A stretch of 64,000 nt of DNA from Gonapodya sp. JEL0774 (Eukaryota), in contig JADIIX010000034.1 in assembly GCA_027604505.1 (NCBI GenBank), positions 1 through 64,000 on the forward strand, in the 5' to 3' direction. Under the pieces are notes generated by a model. That model did not search any database, had not been told where the DNA came from, and was given only the letters and a program-made list of their open reading frames with translations. The position numbers and the translations under genes were made by a program. Of this stretch, positions 1 to 12,254 are shown piece after piece. Every line of letters begins with the position of its first letter. Position 1 is the stretch's first letter.

Positions 1-742
1 GGGGTGGGGTGGGGGGTGGGGGCCGTCGTGGGTGGGTGGCGGGGCGCCGGTGTTTGTGGGGTGAGCGAAGGAAAGGGAGGGAGAGGGGACAGGGAGTGAG
101 ATGTCATCCGGTACAAAGAGAGAGAGAGGGGGGGAGTGAATGGGGGGAAGGGAGAGAGAGGGGAAGAGGGAGAGAGGGGGATACGTACTTCCCTCGGGAA
201 TGAGCAGGTCCTGTTCTGTGTGGATGTGCTTCATTGTGGGGAGGGTGTCTATTGGTGGTTGGAGTGGGAGTAGGGGGATGGGAGTAGGGGGGAGTAGGGG
301 AGTAGGGCGGATGTGTCGGTATGTGATGGGATGTGACGGAGGGGACGCACAGAATCCCAGCCAGACCAGGACAGAAACGCGAGTGAGTGAGTCCGCTGCT
401 TCAGTCCACTCCTGCCAACTGCTTGTTCCTCCCCTTCTCTCTGATATCAACCTGCTTCCGATCGATGGATGGTCCTGGGCTCCGACGGTCGTTGGGGCTG
501 GGTGGGCCACACCCCACACAACCAATACTGGCATTGGCACGTGCGCACCCTGCACACAGTTCATCCCACCAAGTCGATTCCTGTTCGCCGGAGGCGATTG
601 ATTCCTCGCCGGCCGGAGGTGAGAGAGCGCGAGCAAAGTGAACGATTCACGTCGTGCCTTTGTCCTGCTTGGCGACACTCGGCACTCGGGCTCTCGGGCA
701 CTCGCTCGTCACCTCCTTCATTCCCCCCGGACAATGTGAACG

Positions 743-3700
743 GTGGAGAGTGAGCCCTCGGAGGAAGAGGAAGAAGAGGACGCAAGGCAAAGAGGACGGG
801 TGGTGTGGGTTAAAGTGGGGGTTCTGACACAACTCACAACAGTTTCACACACCAATTCAATGAACCAATCAATCAGTGTCCGGGCAACAATAACCCACAG
901 CAAGAACAAAAGATTATACTTGGAGAGAATGGAAGGCCAGTTTACGTTTTATAAGGCGATGTTAGTTCAACATTGGGTAGACGTCGAGTTTTTGAGAACT
1001 TTCACGGTTCTCATACCCTGCGAATCTCAACCGTCAGCGTGGACCACTGTTGAAGAGTGTGACAACAGCAACCTGCTGCTTGAGAACTGGGTGTGGTGGC
1101 AACCCATTTTCTCGGTGACATCAAACAGACTGGCTATTACCCTCTTTCACAAGCGCAGCTCAAGGTGTGCACAGACAGACTCGGAGTTTGCATCTCTTTG
1201 AGAAAGTGGCTCGTTTCTGTCACACCGGCCACTACGGATCCATTCCCATGCGACTAACGAAGCACCGATCAGACGTGGGGACGAAAACTAACCAATTTTT
1301 ACAAATGCATAAATGTTGATTTATCGACGAAAGCGACTAAAATTAGAATATAGGTTCAGTCGAGTGGCAGGCGCGTGGTGCAGTATCACGATCACATGAA
1401 GGCCACACAGAGTGGTTGACTCCGATATTCCGCATCCCGCAGTCACTGCGACCCGGGATGGAATCGACCACGTCCACGCCCGCTGACGCTTCTGCTCCGA
1501 CAACCCCGCTCCGTACAAATTTCCCTTCCCCGCCTCTCAGCCCTCTCGAATCATCCGCCGGGCCGGGGACGGGTGTACGGGTGCAGAAGGCCCATGTGCA
1601 TCTTACAGAGCACGGACACGAGGGCGAGAAAGAGAAAGAGAGTAGGGGCGGGAAAGTGGACGAGGAGGAGGAGGTGAAGCAGGGCGTGGAAGAGGACCAG
1701 CCGGTTGAGGACGATGGAATGGACAAGAGTGAGACGGGCCAGGATCTGGAAAAGACCCAGCAGGAAGGGCAACACCAGCACGGTCACGAGTGCGTCGTGG
1801 ACGAAGCCCGGGGAGAGGGCAAACAGGCCGACCACCAGCAGAACGCTTCGCAGGACTCTTGGGCCGATGGAGCTGGCGGCAGCAGCGGCGATGCAAACGG
1901 CGACGAGCGCGGAGACGGAGACAGAAACGGCGATGGACGCGGAGAGCGGAAACCCGAACCCGCACTCCCGCTCCCACTGCTTACTACTCCCCCGTCCCTT
2001 TACACCGCATCTGGTCCATCTGTCCCTTCTGCCCCCCCACCTGCTCATGGTGATGGTCACGCTCCGTCTGGCCCGTCAAATCCTTCAGACCGCCCGCCTG
2101 TGGAGAGCGCGGTATCCGCCCCTTCACACCCTCTGACCCCATCACCCCTCACCCCCACAACCCGCCCCACCGCCCCGGCGCCGTCCACCACACCTCCCTC
2201 CCCTCAAGCTCAACCTCCCCGCCCCGGCCCACGCCCGCGTCTTCATTCTCCCACACCCACGACGGGCTCCAACAGGACCCCCGTCGCACCGTCTCACGGT
2301 CGCGTGCACCAGGACACGAACACTGAGACGGACAAGGAGTCCAAGGTGAGTGGCGAGTGCAGGTTCTCTCCTCCTTGGAAAGCGCTTGGGAAGGAAGTAC
2401 GATGTGGGTGGAGGTCGAGGTCGAGGAGGGATGGGAGTGTGAACGGGCGCCGGTTCGGAGGTCTCGTGTGTGTGATTCCGTGTGTAGCTCGCAATGGACG
2501 GGGATGATGTCGACTGACCGCCGACCACCCCACACCCGCTAGCCCAAATTCTGGTGCTCCCACCTGGGCCCCAAGTGGGACCGCACATGGTACGTACGTC
2601 GGTGATCCGGTCCATCGCATCGCCGCTGCTGTTGTCTCATCCCACTTCACCACCACCACCGCGGTGTCACTTCACCTGTTCCACAATCCCCTCGTGTCCA
2701 CTCCACACCACACCACACCACCGCGTGTTGCTTCCCCTACTCCTACACCTCATTCACGACCACACTCCAACCCACACACCCGCGCGCACGACTACACACG
2801 CACACGCCTACCCGCGCACGCACACCGAAGCCACTGGGGCGACGCGTGCCACTACGCGGTCCAGGTGAAGACGCTCATGTGCTTTCAAGTGATTTTGGCG
2901 GAGAGAGCGTGGTGGGTTTCCAGGCGTGGGGTGGTGTATTTATGTGTGTGTGTGTTTGTGTGGTTTGTATTTTGGGTGAATCGGGTTGTTGGGGGACAGG
3001 ACACACGCTATGTGGGGATCCGGCGTTGTCGATGGTTTCGTCTCGCTGCGGATGTATTTTCGATTCTCTCTTTCACGTGTGTACCCTAATTTTTTCTCTT
3101 GTGTGCGCTGTTCCTCCCCCGCGCCCCCGCGTAGCCTCTATCTCCCCCACTGCCCCTACGCACACCGTCTCGACGAGCTCGTGGAGCCATGCCAGCGGAT
3201 GCGGGACACAATGGAATGGAGACGGGCAAGTGGGGCGCGCAAGGGGGACGGAGTGTGCAAGGTCGAGGAGGTGGTCGGGTGGTGGTGGGTTGAGTGCCGG
3301 GTGGGGGGAGCGATCAGGTCAAAGGCGGGATCGGACATGGGACGCGATTGGATTCCAACGCGGTGACCTTCTCACCACCCCTCCTCGTTTGCCCCGCGTC
3401 CCCACCCCCATCTAGCCCCTCCCCCGGCTGCTGGTCCACCCACCGCCGTCCCCGCCGGCCACCCCCGCCGCCCACGGCTTTTCCGGCTGGTCCTGGCCCT
3501 GGTCGGGCACCGGTGTGGGAAGGGGCGGCGGGGAACTCGTACAGTATGAAAATTGTGGATTGGAGGGTGCAGGGAAGGGAGACGGAGACGGAGACGGAAT
3601 GGGAATGGGCGGATGGTGGTGATTCGAGGGATCACGGTGGGGAGAGGGAGAGGGAGCGGGAATGGTCAGGTGGTGGAGGTGGGAGCGGGAGGGATGTTTG

Positions 3701-5876
3701 GTGGGAAAGAGTGACGTACGGGGACCGGGTGAGCGGCGACGGGAGCGGGAACCGAAACACCGGGAACCAGGGTCAGTATGGTCAGTACCCGAACTCGCAC
3801 GGGCACCCGTACCCACGCCAGTACCTGGACAGGGAACCCGTGGTTCCAGCGGAGCGCGGACCGGCACACCGGCAAACACCCGCACCGTCGCAAGCACCCA
3901 CGCACCGCCCACCACACCCGCACGCGACCAGCTCGCCGGCCCACACCCTCATCCTTGTCAGACACCGGAGCAGGTCCCGTTCCCGATCCGTGGTCTCGGT
4001 CTCGTCGATATCCCCCTCCTTCTCTCCGACCACATCTCGAACCCGGTCTTGGTCCCCGTGGGCACCCTGGGATCGGGAAGACGAGACTCCGGCCAGTGTC
4101 GTGGTGGCCGGCGGGAGAGGCGGTGTGGCGGCCGGGTCGGGCGGGCGGTGGGGTGCGGGCGCCCGGGCTCGATCCCGGGCGAGGTCTCGGTCCCGGGCGA
4201 GGTCTCGGTCCCGGGCGAGGTCCCGATCGCGGGCGAGATCTCTGGTTGGGGTGGGGGCCATGTCCGTGTCCAGATCGAGGTCGAGGGGCGGGAGTCCTCT
4301 GGTGCGGTGGAGGTCCATGACCAGGACCAGACCCGCGTCCCCCTCCCACCACCTGCGTCCCGCGTCGCCGGACCCGGACACACAATCGTCTCACAGAGCG
4401 AAGGTGCACTCGGTCCGCTCCTCGGACGACACGCAACGGCGGTCCCGGCACAACCCAGCCGAGCGGGATCGCGATAGCAACGAACACGGTGGCAGTGGCA
4501 GTGGGAGTGGTGACCGGCGCCGACGGGAGGGGGAGGCAGACAGGGCGGCGTCCAAAGGCTCTCGAAGGGATCGAGACAGGAAGCGCGATCGGGAGAGGGA
4601 TAAAGAGCGGGACGGCGAAGGGGACAAGAAAAGAGACCGCAAGAGGAGAAGGAGGGACCATTCGGTCGGCGGGAGTGTGGAACGCGCACGGGACGAGGAC
4701 AGAGACAGGGAGAAGAGGAAAAGTCGCCGGCGCAGGAGCAGCCGTCACCGGAGCCGGTCGAGGGCTTCTCGTGCGGTGAGTCCAGTGTCCATTGAGGGCT
4801 CGTCTGAAGGCGCCGGTGGCGGCTCTCTTTCGTTCGGGCACTCCGATGCGCTCCAGCCCACACCACTGCCCCCGCCACCACTAAGGGAATCCCCCAACCC
4901 TCCCCCACCCCCGTCGCGTCCGCTTTCACCGTTTGCATTCCCCCCATCCCGCCCGCTTTCACCGCTTGCATTCCCTCCATCCCGCCCGCTTTCACCGCTT
5001 GCATTCCCTCCATCCCGCCCGCTTTCACCGCTTGCATTCCCCCTATCCCGCCCGCTTTCACCTCTCGGGCTGCGTATCGCAGGACGGGCACGTCGATGGT
5101 TGGCACGGGTCGCGGCCAGCACTATGGAAGGTTCACCTGCTAAAGGCAGCGAGCATCTGGCGGTAGTCCTCGCTGCTTCCCAGTATGCGTCAACTCCAAG
5201 TGGCTCGCTCGCTCCAGGCGTGCCGGCTCCCAAGGCACCTCCTGTTTTCGCGGCGGCTGAATCAACCCCTCTGAACGCACAGCCCGTCACATCGATGTCA
5301 GAATCTCTCGCACCCGCACCCGCACCGGAACCAGCATTGGGTCCGTCCCTTCCCACTCTCCAACAGCCTCCTCTACTGTTCTCTCAGTTTGCAAGTGCGG
5401 GCAACATGCTCTCTGGAGGCTCGATGCAGTTCGCGTTCATGCCTAGGGTGGACGCCTCGGGCCAGATGATCCTCGTTCCTGTACCCATTGCTGCGCAAGG
5501 GATGGGAGGGGGCACGGGTATGCCGATGCCAATGCAAATACCAATACCAGGAGGGCAGCAGATGAGTTTTGGTGGAATCATCGGAATGGGCGGAATGCCC
5601 ATTGCTGGAATGCCTATGACTGCGCTACAGATGGGACCAGTGCCCGTGGGTGGGATGCCCATGGCTGGGATGCAGATGGGTGGGATGCCAGGTGGAAATT
5701 CAGGCGGGGCTCCTGGCAGGATGCCAGGTTTGGTGCCAGGGTTTCCCCAAATAAGTCAGATGCCCGCCCACCAGTTGATGCAGGCTGGTCAGTTTCGGTG
5801 GCAGAACGGTGCTGTACCGGGCCCTGCTGTACCAGGAGGAGGACTGTCTGATGCGAACGGTGTGCGAGGGAGTTGA
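743..5876 (+). CDS. Multi-exon low-complexity protein: weak chromo-like N-terminal segments, acidic/Pro-rich region, RS and RD/RE mixed-charge domain, Met/Gly/Pro-rich C-terminus
   Basis: Long + ORFs 1416-2507 (donor AAG|gtgagt at 2346) and 3294-5876 (RSRSRARSR, DRDRKRDRERDKE). A small exon at about 2543-2593 has tag| and |gtacgt ends. The 5' start and the joining into one gene are uncertain. Confidence 0.5.
4160..4240 (+). repeat. 18-bp coding tandem repeat (TCCCGGGCGAGGTCTCGG, about 4 copies) encoding SRARSR
   Basis: Directly visible in the sequence; gives RARSRSRARSRSRARSRSRARS. Confidence 0.85.
4908..5063 (+). repeat. 33-bp coding minisatellite, about 4.7 copies, encoding PPSRPLSPLAF
   Basis: Unit CCATCCCGCCCGCTTTCACCGCTTGCATTCCCT repeated near-perfectly. 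Confidence 0.95.
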
Positions 5877-6260
5877 GTTCAGTGACTTCATTCATCCAGT
5901 GGAATTCTTCGCTTTCTTCGATTTCCTCTCTGCAAAGTTTGACTTTCTGCAGACGCTTTTCACAAGAACCCTTGCATTATTATGCATGCACTAGTATTTC
6001 AATTGCGTATTGAATAATATATACAAATTATTCCCCTGCTTCAAGACATTTGGAAATATGAGCTGCAGCGAACCAACTAAACCAACATTCTCTCTGAAAT
6101 GTTATTTCTTTTAAGCCGAAAGTCCTGTTTACAACAGCCCTTCATAACCCCGTTGTGCAATTCATTTGGCTCCATACCAACCCTCCCGTGTATTGCCAGC
6201 AGCGATCACTATATACAAACACCGATACAACTCTGCTCGCCCTCGCAATCAACAGGCGCT

Positions 6261-9013
6261 TCACATCCGTGCCTTGGCGTGCACCCAGTCACTGGCCCCG
6301 CGGCGCTGGTGAGCCACTCCAGCGTTCGCGGTCGCAGAGTTCTCATCATTGTGAGAACTTGACGCCATTCCTGCTGGTACGGAGCGTACGCCAAAAGCCA
6401 AAAGGAAGTCTTGAACCCCAGCCGGCAGTCCACCACCACGCAAAGTCACGCCACGAACATCCCGATCAAAGGGTACAGTGGTCAGTTTCAGAGCCTCACA
6501 TCTCACTAAGCTTTGGCCCACCTTCATCCCCAATATTTTCAGATTTCCACCATCCGCTTTCCTGATATGCCTCACCCTTCAATACAGCATCCACTACCTT
6601 AACACTCCCGACTTCCCTATACCCAGGGTATGTTCCCGTATCTGAACACCATCGTGAGATTGCAACAATGTGTCTGAGCGTTTCGACGGAACCGGGGGAA
6701 GTAGAGATGAGGTGGGATGCGTGGTGGACCTGATATTGTTCAAGGGTGCATTGTGATTGGCACGTGAACGATCCACACAACCTCAACCGTCTCATGAGCA
6801 GTGGCTGCCCGTAAAACATCAGTCTTAAAGAAGGCAACGTACCATTACCGCACTGGCCATAACTTCTGCCACACTCCAAGCCATATCCACCATTGTCCTC
6901 TCCACCATCCTGTCGACGATCTCTCTCACTGCTTTACTCGCGCTTTGTGGTGTTTCTCCAGTGCGCCTCACTGCCATCACATGTCGGGTCAGAAGTGAAA
7001 GAGAACGAAGCACGACGGTACGAGATGAGTGGAGGGGGTGGTCAGAGGCGAGCGAGGGCAAGAGGAAGCGGTGAACATGCTAACGGCAGGACATTTGGAG
7101 TGCCAACAGTGATGCTGTGTGAGTTTGTAATGATAAAATAAAGTCAGAGGTAAGCCCACCTCTTCGTACACTTCCCACACCTCTTGTCCACCATCGCCAC
7201 CTAGTACCCTCCTCACATCCCCCGCCATGATCGCTCCAGTTCCCTCCCAGATTCGTTGCACTTGCGCGTCCCGCCACAGCCTCGGAATTCCTCCAGCATC
7301 TTCCATGTACCCCTGGCCGCCCATGGCTTCCATACACGCACTGATTTGGTCCACACAGGTCGAAGATGTGAAGAGTTTCAGACAGGGGGTAAGTAATCGA
7401 AGTAGAGAGGGGGCAGATGATGCATGTGGGGGTAGTGGCGTGCTGGGAGGAAGTGCGCCAGCGCCAACTCGTTCGAGGACTTCTGTCACACCCAACAGAT
7501 GCACTACAAAGAACGTAAGCTGGTTACACACACGCAGGTAGAGCTCTGCAGTGGCCAGGAGGCGAGCATGGAGTGGGTGATTCGCAATTGTGCGACCGAA
7601 CGCGGTGCGCCGGTGAGCGTAGTCTCGTGCGAGAGCCAGCTATTTGAAAGGGCGTTTTTGCACCTGAGCAAACACGTTTGCAAGCGAATTCGTAGCTCAT
7701 CTCCTTACCGCCCTCCTCAGAAAACTGCAACTCGACACTGCACAATGCACTCTCGTCACGTTCAAGACGGTCGCGATGGTCTTAACACCCTTGTACGGCT
7801 CGCCAACCAGACGTGCCTTCATGCCCACCAGCTCTAGTTCGGCAGTTGGAACAGGTACGGTACCAAGCTTGTCTTTGAGTCGTTGTATGCGGACACCATT
7901 TAACCCTCCGGAAGGGAGGCGGAGATCAACTTGGAACAGACTATCGTGGTGAGATAGACGGAACCGCAAAATGTACTGGTTTGTTCACTTTGTGGTGACC
8001 AACTTGGTTGCGGCGGGCTCACCTGAGTCCCTTGCTACCAGGTGGGAGGTCAATATCACCACTCGTGGTACGTGTACCGTGTCGCGCGAGTAGGAACGCT
8101 GCGTCACTATCAGTCCCCGAGGAAAAGAATTTAAACCCGTAAATTTCCCAGAGACCAGATCCGTCGTCACAGGGGACGGCAATCGACTCGGTGTTGGCAA
8201 CGTCCGACCCGCCTGGTCCTGTAGATTGGAGTGCTTGTAAAAGCAAACTAATTGTAAGTTTATCTTGACCGTGACTTACGCTCGCTCATCCACTGCCCGG
8301 AAGTCCAAAACATCTCAGGGTCCCGACTAGTCAATCTTTTAAACACGCGCTCGTACATATCCCTGTCGCCGGACAGCTCAACCAAGCGCGCACAACCATC
8401 GGTCATTGCGAGGGGGCAGGTGAAGAGAGCGGAGGACGGACTGTAGATGTAGTACTTGGCGAATTGGACGAGGCGGGCTTGCGGGGGGTAATGGAGGGTG
8501 TTAGAGCGGGGTGAAAACTGCTATAACGGTGGTGCAACCACTACACAACAAAAATACGACTCAGTGGGAGACTCTTAGTCACTAACCGTTGAAAGACAAA
8601 TTCGAGCGCTGATCATATGCGGCGGAAATGATTCCTTCCTTGGCAGCAACTGTGCGCATATTTCGCCAGCCCTCTGACGTAATAAGTTGATCGATTCGTC
8701 TTTTGAGAGCAAATCCGTTGGTTATCATTCTCAGCTCCGTCGGCGGCGCAATCACTCACCGGCCCCAGGCATCGAATTGTTTCAAACGCGGCGGGTTCTC
8801 CTCTGCATCCCGAACCCACTCGAGCATTTTTCCGGACACTACTTCGTCTCCAAACCGACGTAGGTCCGACTCCACCGTGGCAAGGTGCTCGGGGGACAGG
8901 TGAAGACCGAGAATAGACTTCAGGATCGAGTCATCATCATATTGATTGCCCAGATGCGGTGGTTCTTGCAGGAATCCATCGTACGAGTTTGCGGGCTTGA
9001 ACTTCAGCGGCAT
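6261..9013 (-). CDS. Acyl-CoA dehydrogenase, AidB-like group (multi-exon; stop at 6496 or 6261 depending on a last intron)
   Basis: Spliced motifs: QFDAWGRRIDQLITSEGW, CPLAMTDG, SGQWMSERPGGSDV, GFKFFSS, RLKDKLGTVPVPTAELEL, LNVTRVH, EAMGGQGYMED, QRIWEGT (catalytic Glu position). Introns checked are GT-AG. Confidence 0.9.
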
Positions 9014-9383
9014 TGATGGTGTTGGTGGTGGCTTTCACTCGGCTCAAATTGACCCGTTGAGTACCATCATGTCCCGCGGCAGTAGTCCAACATTGTCTGA
9101 CAGTAAATTCGAGCGATCTCCTTGCAGTCATCCATGAGCTCACACGCATTGGAACACGAACATGCTCAAGTAGAATGTCAAACAGGAGCTTCGTTCAATA
9201 ATATATCCTTGCGAGGCAAATCTGCTCAATATGCATGATACAAAAACTCAACGTATTTACAGTACGAAATGGTGTGTCTAATTAGTGCAGAGTTGGCCAA
9301 TCCCCATAGAACCTCTCCTCGGAGTTTTTGAGTGGAGAGTTGGTGATTGAGTCATGCTCCTCGGTCAACACCGACATTGCAAA

Positions 9384-11774
9384 TCATGCCTGTGGATTAG
9401 AAAGCACCGAAGAAGATATTGGGCTATAAGTTGAGCGGCAGAGCGCAGAAGTTCCCTCTCACCGGCACGCTTTGCAATTCCATCCCTCGCAGCTTCTTCC
9501 TCGCGTCCATCCTTCTCCGCCTCAGCCTGGCGACCCTCAGTTGTCTTCTGAGCTTGAACCACAGGAATAGAACTGCCAGTACAAAAACTGCAACGCCCTC
9601 CTGAAAGCTCGTCTGGATAATCTCTCTGATGATGGCATTCCGGTCTACATAGGGACAAGACACCTGCCCGACAACCCAGCATCCGTTCGACGCCAGGTCG
9701 TTGTAATCGATGAGGACGAGGTCGTTGGTCGGGCCTGCTGGGAGGGCGAGAAGGGCAGAAAGGAGCGCTTGATTTTGTTGGGGAGTGCGGGGAACTGAGA
9801 AGAGGTATGAGGATGGACAAGCTTTGGAGGCGTCGATGTATGTTGCCGCGGTAGTGGGAATGAGCCACTGTAAAAATTGGGAGCGTATCATTAAACGGGC
9901 ACTCCGCTCTCTAAGCCCGTTCCTTCTGCTCACATCCTCGGGTTTATCCACCCTCTGGCATGCCACCAGTCTCACAGCGTTGCAATTTTCCAATGTCCAC
10001 CGTCCATTCCTTTGCATGGCGGCGCAATTCGCCCCTCCATCTCCCGAAACGGAGTTGGGGCCGGAGTTATTCACAGGCATTCCCCAGTCCCAGCTCCACA
10101 CGGCGGAAGCGAGCGTCCCCGGGTCCCAGCCGAGTGTTGCAGGGGTAGGAGGTGCAACTGTGAATGGGTTCGTTGTGGAGCTGGAGACGTTGGACGTGGT
10201 GTTATAGGGTGGGATGAGAAGAGAATAGGGATTTTGAACTAGTGGGGAGAATCCACACGCGGTAGTGTTGATGAGAGAGAGGGGGGAGTAGAAGCGCGAC
10301 GTGGGGTCGGAGACGGAGGCAAAGGACCACGATTGGGTTTTCGAGCCGGCAGGGACAGTCACGGAACGAGATGACTCGGAACCTGCATTTTCAAAGCGGG
10401 AGCAGGTTGGACGGTTGGGTGGACAGGGCGGCCGGGGTGTGGCAACATAAGAAAAGTATAGCAGCTACTCACCGGTACCAACCATCACCAACCCTTGCAC
10501 TGGATACGAACAGTTGACAGATCCGACCCCTCCACTCATCCATACTGGCGTCGCGCCCACATCCACTCCACTAAACGTCCACCTCGCATCCCTGCTGACA
10601 TTATACGCAACACCGCTGTCACTACCACCGTCCCCGGTCGAAGCAGCCGCGTCCACCGAGGCTACTGCTACAACGACACGCTTCTTGACGTTTGATACGA
10701 GGTAGTCGAGTGTGGGCCATGCGGAGGATGAGGTAGCGAGGCCGGTGGTGGAGTTGATCGAGATGGAGTAGTAGCTGCTCAGGCCGAATGTGGTGTTGAG
10801 TGACTGCCGGGCCAAGGAGAGGTCAGAAGGAGAGAAGGTCGACGCTGGGTGAAATTGGGGTGGGGCACGAGAAAGTGAGATGCGAAGTCATGTGAAGAAT
10901 GTCAAAGCTAAGACTCACCTCCAAACCACGTTGAGACTTGATCACCCAGCTGCACTCCAAGTCCATTGCCCGCAACGACGCCAGGCACATTGACGCCTTG
11001 TAAACTCCTCTCTCTTCCGCCCTGAACGGGTTTTACTGTGACGATGAGGGTGAGGAGGTCCGCGTAAAAAGGGGCCCACGTATCTTCTACCCAAGAATTC
11101 AAAGAGGAGAAGAACAGGGAAAGATGCTCCGTGTTGGAGGGGCAAAGCGTTCCCGAGACGAGGATATCCACGGTAGCAGAAGGGGTTGACGTAGGAGTGG
11201 CCGAGACGGTGGTGGACGGAGCGGAAACCCTAGTAGTAGTGCTTGTGGTGAAAGCTCCTGAAGTGGTTATTGAAGATGAATTTGAGGATGAAACTGAGAG
11301 GGTTATGGTGGTCGTGACAGTCGAATTGGAGACATATATTGTCGAGTTTCCGGCTAAAGAAGTCGTAGAGTTTCCAGCCAACGTTGTGGAAGTCACTTGT
11401 GTTGTAGATGTGGATAAAGTGGTGGAAGTTATGGCATCAGAAGAAGCGGAAGCCTTTGATGCTGTCGATGGAGATGTCGGCAAGGAATAGGCATTTGGGC
11501 ACAGCTGAAGAGATCGAGTTGTCGAGTCCCAGTACAAGTCTACATGAAGTGTTCGGTATCCAAGGTCCAGGAGAGCGCGGACCTGGTTGATTCGAGAAGT
11601 TGGGTAGGACCCATTAAAGAAGGCCGTCAGAGCGACGGCTGGGCGCACCACACGGTCGATGGGGACAGAAGACGCCGAAATCTCGCGCTGATTTCTTAGC
11701 GCAGCAAGAATGTAGGCAGGAATAGGAGTTGAAGCGGGAGTTGGGATCGACGTTGTCGGAGTGGGCGCGGCCAT
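9384..11774 (-). CDS. MTC6: Mtc6-family membrane protein (Ser/Thr-rich insert, C-type-lectin-like Cys domain, C-terminal TM helix)
   Basis: LLDLGYRTLHVDLYWD..LQLCP, WSWDWGMP, NCAAM..GRWTLENC....VAC, FSVPRTPQQN, IDYNDL...CWVVG..CPY, then a TM helix and basic tail; last exon gives SVPA* at 9384. Confidence 0.8.
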
Positions 11775-12254
11775 CAACAGGCCAGCTGCCTGATAGCCGG
11801 CAGAAGCACAGGACGACAGCACACGCTGGGCTCAGTATTTTCTTTGTCGCGTTTTCCTCCTTGTCCGGGTCCTTGGGCTAGAAGAAAATTTAATCGGAAT
11901 CGGAGTTCGTTCATTTGAGCTCGCGTGCCACAGCCTCCAACCAGACCCTGTTGGTCCTCTGTGCACATAACAGCTCATCTTGCGGGCGTGCTTTTGTTTG
12001 CTAATAATGATACTTGGCGATTTCCAAGGAGACGGGGTTTGCTACATATGTCATAATCGCTGGAATGCATCGCGCACCGAACACGAGTGGAGTGGCAGCG
12101 CGACATTCATTCGGGTTATAAATGTCGCGCTTGTTGTGTCAGCGTTGGAATTTCAAGGGAAAAAGAATATTCAGAAAGCCACCAATAAGGTTGGTCATCA
12201 GCGTCATAAACCCCACCCAACAACAAAATAATACTTTCAGTAATCCTAACGGCT

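Noticed and set aside
4908..5063. CRISPR-like array (33-bp periodicity)
   Set aside because: The units are contiguous with no unique spacers, lie in frame within a eukaryotic CDS, and no cas genes are present.
3412..5356. Long overlapping antisense and alternative-frame ORFs
   Set aside because: These are shadow ORFs expected from GC-rich, repetitive, low-complexity coding sequence; they contain no recognisable motifs.
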